64,000 bases of DNA from Ignavibacteriota bacterium (GTDB lineage Bacteria; Bacteroidota; Ignavibacteria; Palsa-1295), in NCBI GenBank assembly GCA_963787835.1, contig CAWBEI010000006.1, forward strand, positions 32,001 through 96,000. The letters run 5' to 3'. How positions within the stretch are numbered: position 1 is the stretch's first letter; each line of letters starts with the position of its first letter. This document shows positions 51,785-63,307 of this stretch, piece after piece. The position numbers were made by a program, and so were the translations under genes. The notes beneath the pieces are model-generated. The model was not told the origin of the DNA. It saw nothing but the letters and a program-made list of their open reading frames with translations, and did not search any database.

Positions 51785-53478
51785 TATTCGATTTTCCCCA
51801 ACCCGGTGAGGTAAGTAACAAGATTCTCATCCGATGAAACATGTAGCTTTTTCCGAATGCCTTGCCGATGGTTTTCAATCGTTCGCGTGGATAGGCAAAG
51901 CAGATTGGCCATCGTCTTTGTTGGCAAATTAAGGCGAGTAAGCACTGCAATCTTCAATTCTGCCGGAGTAATCGATGGGTTACGAGAAGATAACTCACGC
52001 AAAAACCCGCTGTGAACCTGATTGAATTGATTTTCAAATGTTTCCCAGTCACGGTCGCTCTTGATATGATCGTCAATGCGACGACCAATCGCTTTGGCCT
52101 TCTTTGAGGATTTAATAGCCGGTTCAATCTCTTCTTTCAAATTGCAAAGGAACTCGTTCTTTTCCACGAGTTGCAAGGCAAGGGTAGTAAGTTCTTTCGA
52201 TTGACGCTCGGTTTCGTTGCGAAGTAATTCTGCCCGATCATTTGCATCCTTTGCAATACTTTCCATTCGTGCGCGTTCGCGGTCGGCTTTATCTATTTCG
52301 ACTCGTGCTTGCACCTCAACAATGGCACGTTGACGTTCCTGACTATTTACTATGGCGTTCAGCACAATAAATCGATTGTAATACTGCACTGCGTGTTTCA
52401 GTTTTCCATCGGCCTGATACGCTTGCGCCAGAAATCCGAGCGAGTCACATTCCAGCTTCTGCATTCCTGCTTCGGAGGACATATTGAGTGATTCTCGCAA
52501 TGCCTCGATCGCGTCCGATGGCTGCTTCAAAGCGAGGTGGGTTTTTCCAAGCCCAATTAAACTTGCGCACAAAACCGTTTTAAGATCGATAGACCTTGAA
52601 ATCTCAATTGCTTTCCTATAGCACTTCAGAGCTTCGCTCGGATGACCCTCTTCGAGCTTAAGATTTCCAAGGCTTTCTAAAATATATCCTTCGGCGTCGC
52701 GACGGTTAACAGATTCTGCAAGATTAAGGGCCTCGGATAAGAGAGATTTCGCTGTTTCTATCTCTCCTCGTTTATATGCAATGATCCCTCGATTATGAAT
52801 AGCATTAAAGAGGCCGTATCCGTCGCCGACTTCCCTCTTAAGGACAGTGCTCCGGTCAAAAAACATATCTGCTTTATCGAGGTCTTGGACTTCAAGATAA
52901 ATGCGACCGATATTTGTAAATAGGATAGATCGGCTTAAAATATCATTATTTGCATCAAGAATGGAGAGTGCATCATAAAGATATTTGAGCGCGCGTGGAT
53001 AATCGGCCAGCTCGATAGCGGCATTACCCATTGCACACAAAATGCTAACCTCCGAGCTACGAGCATATTGTTTGCAAAGTGCGAGTGCCTTTTCGTAATG
53101 CTCGAAAGCATCTCGGAACTTACCTTGTTGAGCGTATACCAACCCAAGAGAGAAAATCGGACCTTCAAGCAGCGGGTTTTGAAATTGATGCGCCTTATCT
53201 AATTCAACGGCTTTTTTGAATGAGGTTTCCGCATCACCGTATTGCGCTTGTTGAAATGCTGTTGCGCCAATATTATAATGTGCCCTTGCAATCCCCTCCG
53301 CATTTTTCAACGTTGTCGCAAGTTTCAACGCCTCTCGCGCCCATTTTTCGGCTTGCTTGGGGTTCTGGCGGTAGAAATCTTTGCTGTAAAGAAGCAACAA
53401 GCGAAGGCGCTCGGCGGATGATTTGGCATCCGCCGGGGCATTCGCGAGTTCCTGCTTTGCTTGTTCGAGATCGAGCAT
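51784..53478 (-). CDS. Tetratricopeptide-repeat protein with C-terminal LuxR-type HTH
   Basis: Many TPR helices; ITPAELKIA...LSTRTIENHRQGIRKKL. Confidence 0.9.
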   Translation of the reverse strand: MLDLEQAKQELANAPADAKSSAERLRLLLLYSKDFYRQNPKQAEKWAREALKLATTLKNAEGIARAHYNIGATAFQQAQYGDAETSFKKAVELDKAHQFQNPLLEGPIFSLGLVYAQQGKFRDAFEHYEKALALCKQYARSSEVSILCAMGNAAIELADYPRALKYLYDALSILDANNDILSRSILFTNIGRIYLEVQDLDKADMFFDRSTVLKREVGDGYGLFNAIHNRGIIAYKRGEIETAKSLLSEALNLAESVNRRDAEGYILESLGNLKLEEGHPSEALKCYRKAIEISRSIDLKTVLCASLIGLGKTHLALKQPSDAIEALRESLNMSSEAGMQKLECDSLGFLAQAYQADGKLKHAVQYYNRFIVLNAIVNSQERQRAIVEVQARVEIDKADRERARMESIAKDANDRAELLRNETERQSKELTTLALQLVEKNEFLCNLKEEIEPAIKSSKKAKAIGRRIDDHIKSDRDWETFENQFNQVHSGFLRELSSRNPSITPAELKIAVLTRLNLPTKTMANLLCLSTRTIENHRQGIRKKLHVSSDENLVTYLTGLGKIE

Positions 53479-53685
53479 GCTGAATGGGCAAGTGGTTAAC
53501 GCTCTTTGATAACATCAAAACACGAGAGGCAGCCCTGGAATTATAATTACGAGCGCCAGCTTGCCAGCTTCATGCATTAAAACTGACAGAAGCCTTATTT
53601 GTTACCAGCCTTGACTACTCAATTTATACTTAGACGACAGAATTGCCCTATGTCAAAAAAGCGATAAAAGCGCGTCAAAACAGCC

Positions 53686-55343
53686 TCAAACCTGAATTAC
53701 TCCAACATTGAATTTCGGGATTTCCGGAACGTGGTTAGCCATCGAAATTCCGGTAGAAACGATCTCTCGGGTCTGTCGTGGATCGATAATGCCGTCAGTC
53801 CACAGCCGCGCGGCGGCATAAAGCGGGCCAGTTTGCTCATCATAGATCTTTTGAATATCTGCGTGCATTTGTTTCTGCACTTCGTCCGAGATGGTCCCAC
53901 CGGATTTTTTCATACTCGCCAGCTTGATCGAAAGCAGCGTCTTCGATGCTTGTGCACCACCCATAACGGAAATTTGCGATGTCGGCCATGAGAAGATCAT
54001 TCTCGGATCGTAAGCCTTGCCGCACATGGCATAATTCCCGGCACCATTTGAATTACCGACAATGAACGTGAACTTTGGAACTACGGAGTTAGCAACGGCG
54101 CTAACCATTTTTGCACCATCTTTGATAATACCACCATGCTCCGAGCGTGTGCCGACCATGAAGCCTGTAACATCCTGAAGAAACACGAGCGGGATATGCT
54201 TCTGATTGCAATTCATGATAAAACGCGCTGCTTTATCGGCAGAGTCGGAGTAGATCACTCCTCCGACCTGCATCTCGCCTTTGGCATTCTTAACAACCGC
54301 TCGCTGGTTTGCCACGATACCAACGGACCATCCGTCTATTCTTGCGTAGGCAGTGATGATCGTCTTGCCATATTCGGCTTTGTACTCGTCGATCTCGGAA
54401 CCATCTATAAGTCGCGCAATGACCTCGTACATATCATACGGCTTTGCTCTATCCTGAGGAACGAGTGCAAGAAGATCATCGGAGGGGAATAGGGGTAACC
54501 TTGCTTCGATGCGATCGAAGTGGTTATGTTCCTGGTTCCCAAGTTTGCTCATGAGGCTGCGAATCTCGGCAAGACATGCATCGTCATCCGGCATTTTGTA
54601 ATCCGTGACGCCGGAAATTTCGGAATGTACGCGCGCTCCTCCCAACGATTCGTTATCTGTCCGCTCGCCAATGGCTGCCTCTACTAATGCACTGCCCGCG
54701 AGGAAAACATGTCCTGTTCCTTCAACGATGAGCGCCTCGTCGGACATGATCGGCAGATACGCGCCACCGGCCACGCATGGCCCCATGATCGCCGCAAGTT
54801 GTACGATCCCTTGTGAAGACATGACGGCGTTGTTTCGGAATATCCTGCCGAAATGCTCCTTGTCGGGAAATATCTCATCCTGCATTGGAAGATAGACTCC
54901 GGCGCTATCGACGAGATAAATGATGGGTAAGTGATTCTCGATCGAAATTTCCTGCGCCCGCAAATTCTTCTTGCACGTCATCGGAAACCACGCGCCCGCT
55001 TTGACAGTGGCATCGTTAGCGACAATAACCGCAAATCTTCCGCTTACTCGACCGATCCCAACTACCACCCCCGCCGATGGCGCGCCCCCTTCATCGGCGT
55101 ACATTCCATGAGCCGTGAAAAGGCCGATCTCCAGCAATTCCGAACCCGGGTCTATTAGCTTTGCAATGCGCTCACGAGCGGTTAGCTTACCTTTTTCGTG
55201 CTGCTTTTCTATATTTTTTACCCGCCGCCAAGCTGAACTTCATCGCCGAGGGCAGAGAACTTTCGCAGGGCATTATTCGTCCAATCTAACAGCGTTTGGT
55301 AGGGCAGGGCAGTTGCATCGAGCGGAGTACCGATTGTTTTCAT
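53686..55343 (-). CDS. Acyl-CoA (methylcrotonyl/propionyl-CoA) carboxylase beta subunit, 1-nt frameshift at ~55221
   Basis: LGGG/IEKQHEKGKLTARERI, ANDATVKAG, DSAGVYL, GPCVAGGAY and GAGNYAMCG; one extra G restores the frame from ATG 55343. Confidence 0.9.
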
Positions 55344-55438
55344 TGATACAAATTTACGGACAAACCATGACCCACACTCGTATAATAAAATTCAGAACGC
55401 GCCGAAGCGGGTTCTAAACAGCGTAAACTATATTCTCA

Positions 55439-55837
55439 TTATCCACCCCAGTCATCCTTGACCGTTTTGTTCTTCTTGATGGCTTTTTTATCCTTACGAA
55501 TATTCTTTCGGACTGCTTTGAGTTTTTGCTCGTCTTTAGTGGCAAGTGTTTCGGCTTCTTTCGCTGCTTTTACATGGCCAGTCTTAAGATCGGAGTTCGC
55601 AGCATTAATGTTTGCGTTCCGGTTCTCTTTAAGAGCGTGCGCCCTGCGTCTGGCGGCGCGAAGAGCCGCACGTTCCTCTTTGGTGGTCTTGCCCGAATCA
55701 GCCACGAATGCAATGGAGCTCGCATGTGCCACAATGTTCCCACAAATTTGCGCGCCGCACAGGAACAGTGCAAAAATGAGCAAACGTCCTACCGTTCGAA
55801 AAATAGTTATAATGTTTTGATTTGATTTATGTTCCAT
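55439..55837 (-). CDS. Small Lys/Arg-rich exported hypothetical protein
   Basis: Hydrophobic N-terminal segment followed by a highly basic coiled-coil-like region. Confidence 0.6.
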   Translation of the reverse strand: MEHKSNQNIITIFRTVGRLLIFALFLCGAQICGNIVAHASSIAFVADSGKTTKEERAALRAARRRAHALKENRNANINAANSDLKTGHVKAAKEAETLATKDEQKLKAVRKNIRKDKKAIKKNKTVKDDWGG

Positions 55838-56202
55838 AGTCTTGTCCTATTAAGCGAAGTTGCATGCAAAGTATATTATTCTCTAAAAAGTTTTGCTTTC
55901 ATGAAAGTAGACGTATGAATAACCGCTCGGTTTAATTTGGAGATTTAGCCATTATACCTGCTACGACGTCGGATTCTGAAATATATTTCCGTCTCCAAAA
56001 AGGTATTCAAAGGGAAAGGAATGATGAATTCCTTCTAATAATTTTCGGTAGGATGTTGTAAAACGCCGATTGCGGCGTTATATCAATGCGGTTGGAATTG
56101 CAAATATAGATTCGCTCCAGAAATAGGAAACTCTCAGGTAATTTTGCTGTTTTGGGACTTCCGATGAAGTAGGTCTGTTCGAAGCACGCTATTCCACTCG
56201 GT

Positions 56203-58830
56203 TTGATCGGATTTCATAACCTTATCCTTTGTACTAAATTGAAGAACACCCACAAAATTTTTGGTTTACTTTGGCTCTGCACTTTGCTCACGACTCTGGC
56301 AATGTCAACCATACTTGCAGGTTTTGCCAAAGCGCAAAGCACGACAACATTACCAGCCTGGAGAGAAGACCACGAGGATGAAGCCGCGAAATGGCTCGCG
56401 CATTTCATCAACCCGATGGATGAAGCCAATTACGATAGCCTGCGACTGATCGGTTACGATCAGCTTATGCGTATGAATAATCATCCGGCGATGATGGCCT
56501 TATCAAGCTCCTCCTGGCTACCGAGTGCCATCTCTCAGGAGGGAAATGTGAGCGGGCGCGGTGCGTGCATCGCATTCACTCCAACCGGAACGATCTACTA
56601 TGCCCCAACCAAAGGTGGTTTGTGGAAATCAACAGATGATGGTGCCGATTGGACTTCATTAAGCGGGACGTGGAAAACGCTTGACCTTGCCGGGGTTGCT
56701 GTGGATCCGAAAAACCTCAATATTATTTATGCCGGCACAGGTACTCCTGCTGGAGGCGTTGGCGGAGGTGGCGATGAAACAGGTATTGGCATCTATAAAT
56801 CTGAGGACGCGGGACTTAATTGGACACTTCTTCCTAAAAGTCCTCAGAGTGTAACTACTCAAATGGAAGTAAATCCTGCTGGCTCGAATCTTGTTTATTA
56901 TGCCTCTTCTGGCGGGGTTAGCCTATCTGACGATAGTGGCGTAACCTGGCAAACGGTTCTCTCTCTCGGCGGGTACTCGAGCATCGTATTCGATCCTAAT
57001 AATCCAGCAATTGTTTATGCTGCTGGTGGGGGAGATATCGAGCAATCGCTTGACTCAGGCCATACGTGGGCTAGCCTTCCATCTGGATTTCCCACCGGTT
57101 ACTGGATGGTTTTGGGCATGTCGCGTTCTTCGGATACAATTTATTTAAGCACCGGTGATGACAACGGCACGCTTGCACTATCGACGGACGCTGGGAACAC
57201 TTGGACTACAAAATCAAGCACGGTTGATTATCTTGGACAACAGTCGTTTTATGCTAACGCGATGGCAGTCAATCCGACGAATCCAGCATACGTCGTCGTT
57301 GGAGGCCTTGATATTTATGCGTCAAGCACTGCAGGTTCCAGTTTACATCAGAAAACGGTTTGGTACGATGGATCGAGTGCTACCGATTTTTCCCATGCTG
57401 ACATTCACGTACTAAAATATGATCCATATAATGGCAGGCTGTATGCTTTGACTGATGGAGGAATCTTCTATAGTGCAAACAACGGTGGAACGTGGATACA
57501 GCGAATGAATGCAGGTCTAAATACGCTTTCTTTTATCGGTGGAGATATGGCAGTAAATGCTTCGGGAGGCCCTGATTTCTTCTGTGCCGGTGCTCAGGAT
57601 AATGGATTGAATGCCATTACATTCGGTACCGATCCGAACAACTATACTGAGGTTCAGGGTGGTGACGGAGGAACTATGTTCGTGTCGCCGACCGATGGGC
57701 AGACCACTTTCGGCACTTATACGAATGCCGTCCTCTATCGCTCCGAAGACCGAGGCGCAAACTGGGATGCACCTACCGATCCAGCAGATCCAGCAGCTGG
57801 AGAAAATATTCTAGGTTCAGGAATCGTGAGTGAGGGAGCTCCCTTTTACATGACCTACGATGTGTGGGATGGGGGACCAGGAGTCGTTGCATGCTGCGGC
57901 GTAACAAATTTATATTTAGAGACCAACGGAAATATTGGCCAGTCAGCGTTTCCGCGATCAACAAACGCCATTGACCCAACAACGAACAAAGTCATTCCAT
58001 CGACCGCAGTTAGCGGCAGCGTCGTGGCTGTGAACATTGCATCCTCCGATGACGACTATATTTATATTGGAACTACTGCTAATCTCTTCTATTACAGTAC
58101 CGATGTGGGACAGTCCTGGACGAAAAGCTTGACTTCGACTGGAGCCGCGATGAAATTTACCGGCACCCCCACAGGCATCACTACTGATCCCAACGATGCC
58201 ACGCACGTCTTTATGACGGTCGCAGGGACGAGTTCAAAACATTTCTATTATTCAACAGATAACGGGCAGACCTGGAAGGCTCCTGCAACCAACCTTCCTT
58301 CACTCAATTATCATTGCGTAGCGATCGATGGTAATGGTATTCTGTACATCAGCAATGATTATAGTGTGCTCCGTTCTGGTGATACAGGGAAGACATGGTA
58401 CCCCGTTGCCGACGGGATGCCACTCGCCTTAGTAACTTCTCTTCAAGTTCGTGGTAAATATCTCGATGCGGCAACGTATGGCAGGGGAATGTACTACGTC
58501 GATCTGACACAACTTGCGCCATTGGGTTCCAGCTCAGTCGCAGCAAGTGCAGCGTCTAATTCCGGGATCGCGATTACGGCAGTGTACCCAAGCGTGGTTA
58601 CAACGTCAGCGCCGCGCTCGAACGTTGATTATTCTCTTTCCGGCAACGAGCAGGCAACTCTTGCTATCTTTGATGTTCTGGGTCGTCAGGAACGTATGCT
58701 GATGAATCAGTTCACTTCCCAAGGTGCTCACGAGCTTGCTGCGGATCTTTCGGGTCTGGCCACAGGTCAGCATTATCTTGTACTGACCGCTGGTGGAAAT
58801 TCGGTGACGAAGCCGATCATCATCCAGTAG
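56203..58830 (+). CDS. Large BNR/Asp-box (VPS10/GH74-like) beta-propeller protein with T9SS C-terminal domain
   Basis: Many SxDxGxxW repeats, HADIH and GAQDNG motifs, VYPS...FDVLGR...TGQHYLVL tail; exact start uncertain. Confidence 0.9.
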   Translation: MIGFHNLILCTKLKNTHKIFGLLWLCTLLTTLAMSTILAGFAKAQSTTTLPAWREDHEDEAAKWLAHFINPMDEANYDSLRLIGYDQLMRMNNHPAMMALSSSSWLPSAISQEGNVSGRGACIAFTPTGTIYYAPTKGGLWKSTDDGADWTSLSGTWKTLDLAGVAVDPKNLNIIYAGTGTPAGGVGGGGDETGIGIYKSEDAGLNWTLLPKSPQSVTTQMEVNPAGSNLVYYASSGGVSLSDDSGVTWQTVLSLGGYSSIVFDPNNPAIVYAAGGGDIEQSLDSGHTWASLPSGFPTGYWMVLGMSRSSDTIYLSTGDDNGTLALSTDAGNTWTTKSSTVDYLGQQSFYANAMAVNPTNPAYVVVGGLDIYASSTAGSSLHQKTVWYDGSSATDFSHADIHVLKYDPYNGRLYALTDGGIFYSANNGGTWIQRMNAGLNTLSFIGGDMAVNASGGPDFFCAGAQDNGLNAITFGTDPNNYTEVQGGDGGTMFVSPTDGQTTFGTYTNAVLYRSEDRGANWDAPTDPADPAAGENILGSGIVSEGAPFYMTYDVWDGGPGVVACCGVTNLYLETNGNIGQSAFPRSTNAIDPTTNKVIPSTAVSGSVVAVNIASSDDDYIYIGTTANLFYYSTDVGQSWTKSLTSTGAAMKFTGTPTGITTDPNDATHVFMTVAGTSSKHFYYSTDNGQTWKAPATNLPSLNYHCVAIDGNGILYISNDYSVLRSGDTGKTWYPVADGMPLALVTSLQVRGKYLDAATYGRGMYYVDLTQLAPLGSSSVAASAASNSGIAITAVYPSVVTTSAPRSNVDYSLSGNEQATLAIFDVLGRQERMLMNQFTSQGAHELAADLSGLATGQHYLVLTAGGNSVTKPIIIQ

Positions 58831-58865
58831 GAATTATTTGGAAGTCAGGCGAACTATTATTATCT

Positions 58866-59303
58866 ATGAGTTCGCCTGACAAACATATTCCGTTCTCAAG
58901 CCTCTTTGAGGCTATCGGGCGGGGCGGCGTAGAGGCACGCCAGCGTTTGATGGCGTTAGTCCATCATCGCCCAAAGATCGTTCTTCCGTATGCACGCGAG
59001 GTCGCGGCATTACTGGACTCCTCACGCACTCCAGTTCGCGAGGCTTCGATCGAAATACTTGCAATGTTATCGAGAGTATCGCCCACTGCGATGGCATTCC
59101 TCATCCCTCGTCTTCACGATCTGCTTGCAAACGAGCCCCAGAACACCGTTGCCAATCATGCCATCGAGATATTACATAACTACGCTCGAACCAGCAAGGA
59201 GGCTGCTCAGAAAGTGATCCCAATACTGAAATCCTCCATCATGAGCTTAAAACCGAAAACAAAGGCGCATGTTCCACAGGTGATCGAGGAGCTATCAAAG
59301 TAA
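58866..59303 (+). CDS. Small HEAT-repeat-like hypothetical protein
   Basis: LLDSSRTPVREASIEILAML and LLANEPQNTVANHAIEIL helical repeats. Confidence 0.6.
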   Translation: MSSPDKHIPFSSLFEAIGRGGVEARQRLMALVHHRPKIVLPYAREVAALLDSSRTPVREASIEILAMLSRVSPTAMAFLIPRLHDLLANEPQNTVANHAIEILHNYARTSKEAAQKVIPILKSSIMSLKPKTKAHVPQVIEELSK

Positions 59304-59310
59304 ATTATAG

Positions 59311-59574
59311 TCATTTTTTTGATTCATGATGCAGAAAGGCATCGAGTTCCCTCCGCGCGAACGCTTCGATCTCTACGATCGTGTGAGAGTCCGAAGGCGT
59401 GGTGAACATAAAGCGTGTCCGGCCACCGATCGCAAAATCTGCATCGATCTGTAATATACTGCGAATGGATGCTTCAAGATGATCGCGCCAGGCGCGTAGC
59501 ATGTCATCAGAGATGGGTAGGGATGCGCCATGTTTTCGAAGCCAGTCCGGGCCGAGAAATCCTGTAAGTGTCAT
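59311..59574 (-). CDS. Small hypothetical protein
   Basis: Open frame converging on the previous gene; start chosen at ATG 59574. Confidence 0.5.
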   Translation of the reverse strand: MTLTGFLGPDWLRKHGASLPISDDMLRAWRDHLEASIRSILQIDADFAIGGRTRFMFTTPSDSHTIVEIEAFARRELDAFLHHESKK

Positions 59575-59779
59575 AATTGCATTAGCAAAACTAATTTTAA
59601 TGATAACAACTTGCTGAAACAAAACGAGCAGCTATTTAGGTGTTTTGTGTTCAACAGCAAATTTATAACATTGATATGCTCTCTCCGAACCATTCTACCT
59701 CACCGAGAATTAGTTTGAATCTTTCGAATACAGTTCTGCCTTGATAGTGGGGATGATCCTTACACGCATTTCTTAACGC

Positions 59780-61336
59780 TTGAAAACATTGTATTCCGTT
59801 TCAACAAAATTAATTTTAGCAATAGCACTGGGACTCATCGTGCTCCAGTCGCTCGACTATGTCAATTTTACTGTGGATGATGTGTTCATTCCCATCCGAT
59901 ATGCAATGAATGCTGCTCATGGTTCCGGGTTGGTTTATAATGTTAACGATGCTGTAGAGGGATATTCAGACCCGCTCTGGGTTTTCGCACTTTCAGGAAT
60001 TGCCAAGTTATCTTCGGGTTGTACAAACTCTGGAACGATCTTACTGTGGTCGGCAAAAACGATGAGTTTCTTATTCGGAATGCTCACACTCGTTACCCAG
60101 TATCGTTTTACAAAACGAATATTCGAAGGATCGCCGCGTAGATCATTGTATGCTGTTTTTTCACTGCTCGCATTGGCGATATGTGCACCGTTCATTGCGT
60201 GGAGTGTAGGTGGGCTTGAAACGACACTTGTTGCCTTCCTCTATCTTTTGCTTGCTTTCATCGTTTTTGAAATCTTTAGAGCGACAAACGGTCAAAGGGT
60301 CATCCCACGCAAGCATTTTATATCGATACTTATAGTATTACTTTTGGCTACGATCACACGCCCGGAGCCAGCAATGCTTTGCGTCATGGTGCTTTCTTTT
60401 CTATTGATTACATTACCACGACTTGAGCGAAAGCCCCTTATTATATGGACAATAGTGCCATATCTTGCCGGGCTATTTCTTTTCTTGACATGGCGATGGA
60501 CAACATATCACGAACTGTTGCCGAATACATTTTATGCTAAGACTGGCGGTGGGATCTCCGGCTATATCAATGGCGTAAAGTATGTATGTGCTTCCATCGC
60601 ACTGTTGGCTGCACCGTTTCTAATTATGTTCCCCTTTGCATTCTCTGAGAAACGGTCGAAAGACCCGTTCATGCTCTTTTTGACGTTAATGATCGGATTT
60701 GAATGTTTCTTTGCGATTTTTGCAAAAGGGGATTGGATGCCCGGAGCACGTTTTTTGATACCTGTTGCGCCGCTTCTTGTACTGATCGGCATTACAGGCC
60801 TTGCGAATGTTTTGAATAAACTCTCAGAAACATCCGCCCCCCTTTTATCGACAAAGGTCGTTGTTGGGACTGCACTATTTGTCGGAATTCTTTTTGCCAT
60901 GGCAGGCAGAACAACCTTGCGAGGAGAATCATCGGGAATGCTTCCTGGATTTGTCTCGCTGAAGGGGCATTCTTTACTCTCACATGAACAAGTCGGAACC
61001 TGGCTTGCATCGCATGTGCAACAGAACTCAACCGTAGCGCTCAGTGAAGCAGGGCTTGTTGGTGTGATGATACCGAACACCCATATCCTCGACCTTAATG
61101 GACTTATGGATTCTCACATTGCTCGGGCACGACATAACAATACTGCGTTCAATGTTCACTATGTTCTCGACCACAAACCTGATTTTATTGTTCTGCACAA
61201 CGATCCGACGTCACCTATTTTAGAATCACTGGCTACAGATCCCCGTGCGGCTCTCGGGAAGGATAGTCTCTTTCAGGTAACGTATTCCTTAGTTGAACAA
61301 TATCCTCAATTCGAAATATACGCTCGAAAACAGTAA
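59780..61336 (+). CDS. GT-C-like integral membrane glycosyltransferase (AftB/PMT-like)
   Basis: DDxFI..RYAxN...GLVYN...VEGYS, GLET, TRPE, LPNTFYAK, GDWMP..RF and DLNGL motifs. Confidence 0.8.
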   Translation: MKTLYSVSTKLILAIALGLIVLQSLDYVNFTVDDVFIPIRYAMNAAHGSGLVYNVNDAVEGYSDPLWVFALSGIAKLSSGCTNSGTILLWSAKTMSFLFGMLTLVTQYRFTKRIFEGSPRRSLYAVFSLLALAICAPFIAWSVGGLETTLVAFLYLLLAFIVFEIFRATNGQRVIPRKHFISILIVLLLATITRPEPAMLCVMVLSFLLITLPRLERKPLIIWTIVPYLAGLFLFLTWRWTTYHELLPNTFYAKTGGGISGYINGVKYVCASIALLAAPFLIMFPFAFSEKRSKDPFMLFLTLMIGFECFFAIFAKGDWMPGARFLIPVAPLLVLIGITGLANVLNKLSETSAPLLSTKVVVGTALFVGILFAMAGRTTLRGESSGMLPGFVSLKGHSLLSHEQVGTWLASHVQQNSTVALSEAGLVGVMIPNTHILDLNGLMDSHIARARHNNTAFNVHYVLDHKPDFIVLHNDPTSPILESLATDPRAALGKDSLFQVTYSLVEQYPQFEIYARKQ

Positions 61337-61438
61337 AAGTTATTTTCAGACTGTTGTTCCGAGAACTAATACTTCCGCTTGCACTCCATGAACAGAGATT
61401 AAGAATCTCTTTTGGAACAGGCTTGTTGAATTATCGAA

Positions 61439-62146
61439 ATGGTGCCACGTTCGATTTTAATCCAGTCATTACTTTTAATTCCACTTCTGGGAATGTGGGG
61501 ATGCTATGATCATTATAGCACTGAGCCGTATGGTTATTACGCAACGCAACACGTTTATTCTGCAACACTGCAGAGCGTGTTAGAATACGATTCTACAAGC
61601 ACCACTTTTCAATCATCAGCGTATCTGGACTCTCCGGGATTCGCGTCAGATAGCGGGTGGAGTGTTACACTTAATGCCATCCCCCTGGAATTCAATTCGG
61701 CAAGTAACTATTATTCATCGGATTCTCTGCCTCCGGTTGCGAATGGTATTTTCAATTGGTCTGTAAGCAAGGGCCGTCGCAGTAATTTGGCAGAGCTTAA
61801 TGTGGCAATAAGGAACCCATCTATTCCAATGAAAATAGCACTGCCTAATGATACAACGGTCATCTCGATAGACTCGGCTATCGTGGTATCATGGAAACCA
61901 GACAGCTCTTCAGAACCAGTACATTGGGAAGTGATCGATTCGGCGGGGCATTTGGGCTATCAATGGCAATCTCGCAACACAGGCTTGGACACCATCTATC
62001 CGTATTTCGGGCAATATCGTCCTTTGGCCGCTGGCCCAGCCAAACTCATAATGTGGCGTGATAATAATTACCAAGGCTACACCGATGAGTTTAATTATCA
62101 GGTGAATGCGGAAACCCAGAGTACGGTGCATTTTAGATTGAAGTAA
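61439..62146 (+). CDS. Hypothetical lipoprotein
   Basis: Hydrophobic leader ending MWGC; beta-rich body. Confidence 0.7.
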   Translation: MVPRSILIQSLLLIPLLGMWGCYDHYSTEPYGYYATQHVYSATLQSVLEYDSTSTTFQSSAYLDSPGFASDSGWSVTLNAIPLEFNSASNYYSSDSLPPVANGIFNWSVSKGRRSNLAELNVAIRNPSIPMKIALPNDTTVISIDSAIVVSWKPDSSSEPVHWEVIDSAGHLGYQWQSRNTGLDTIYPYFGQYRPLAAGPAKLIMWRDNNYQGYTDEFNYQVNAETQSTVHFRLK

Positions 62147-62306
62147 TATCCGAAACTGCCAGGCTCGACGATCAGGTTGCGAAGTTCGTTGTGCCGCCAA
62201 GATAGGCAAAAATAAATCCCCATGGAATGGTAATGCTCTTGAAGTGGTTCGAAGGTGAGCAATTTGGGCTTTCTCTATGTGTTATTCTTAAATAAGAGGT
62301 GGATCT

Positions 62307-63116
62307 ATGAAATCGTTAAGCTGGATTATCCTGGTATTACTCGTTCCGTTTTCAGCGACCGCACAGTCACAGCTTTATTTTCACGCAACGATCGAAATGC
62401 CTGTGACGGGGTGGCACAACCCCGGCTATTGTAGCGACGATAGTTCTCGTCCAATAAATAGCATTACAGTGCAGCTCAACGACTCTCTTTCGCTCGTGGC
62501 AGGAGAAAATCAGGATTCTCTTAAGTCGCCAATGCTGAATTGGGGCCCGAATGGGGTTTGCTCAGGAAATTATACATTTCAATATGACCCGCAAAGTCAT
62601 ACACTTTATAACCTCCAGGTTTCAGCAGCTGGGCATGGCGATATGGATGTTTCGGGATGGTACGATTCGTACAATATCAGTTTTGCCATATCCCTCGACT
62701 CGATTTCGCTTGGTGCAGTCTCAGAATCCAACCGTACCCTTGCTGGCGGTAGTTGGTTGTGCTCATATTCTTCCCATTATTCTTCTATCTTCAACGGTTA
62801 TTCCGGCGGGGACAATGCGAGTGGTCAAGGGCAGACCACACTCGTGACCCCAACTGCGAGTACTGCGGGTGTTAAGGTTTCTACAGGAGTTCCTTCGTCT
62901 AGTGTCCAGATTACTTACCTCACTAATGGTGCGGTAGAAATTGAACGTAGCTCGAGTAATCCCTCGGAGGCCGTCGAAATATTCGACGCTCTTGGCCATG
63001 TGGCCCTCCGCACAAACATGAATGGGAATGTAGCTCAAATTTCGAATCTCATTCCCGGTCTCTACTTCGCCCACATTGGCGAGCAGGTGGCAAAGTTCAT
63101 TGTGTCGCCTCGGTAA
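62307..63116 (+). CDS. Secreted hypothetical protein with T9SS-like C-terminal domain
   Basis: Signal peptide MKSLSWIILVLLVPFSATA; IFDALGH...IPGLYFAHIG...KFIV tail; GAGGT RBS. Confidence 0.85.
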   Translation: MKSLSWIILVLLVPFSATAQSQLYFHATIEMPVTGWHNPGYCSDDSSRPINSITVQLNDSLSLVAGENQDSLKSPMLNWGPNGVCSGNYTFQYDPQSHTLYNLQVSAAGHGDMDVSGWYDSYNISFAISLDSISLGAVSESNRTLAGGSWLCSYSSHYSSIFNGYSGGDNASGQGQTTLVTPTASTAGVKVSTGVPSSSVQITYLTNGAVEIERSSSNPSEAVEIFDALGHVALRTNMNGNVAQISNLIPGLYFAHIGEQVAKFIVSPR

Positions 63117-63307
63117 TATTTAGTCCAACACCTCCCATTCTTCGTAATTTTGCAGGCGGTTCAGGAACGTCCTGAGAATCGGCCTGTTTTCCGTGCGTTC
63201 TATCCACCCCCGCATCGTCGGCGATGCCCCCACCTTAGAAAGGCGGGGGAATAATAACGGGGTAGAATCAGCGAAATCTGCAAAAATAAGCGATAAATTA
63301 GGTTTTA

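Noticed and set aside
63204-63250. Double hairpin CCACCCCC...GGGGG before efp, loosely like 6257-6320
   Set aside because: May be a degenerate extragenic palindrome, but similarity is too weak to define a family or a regulatory RNA.
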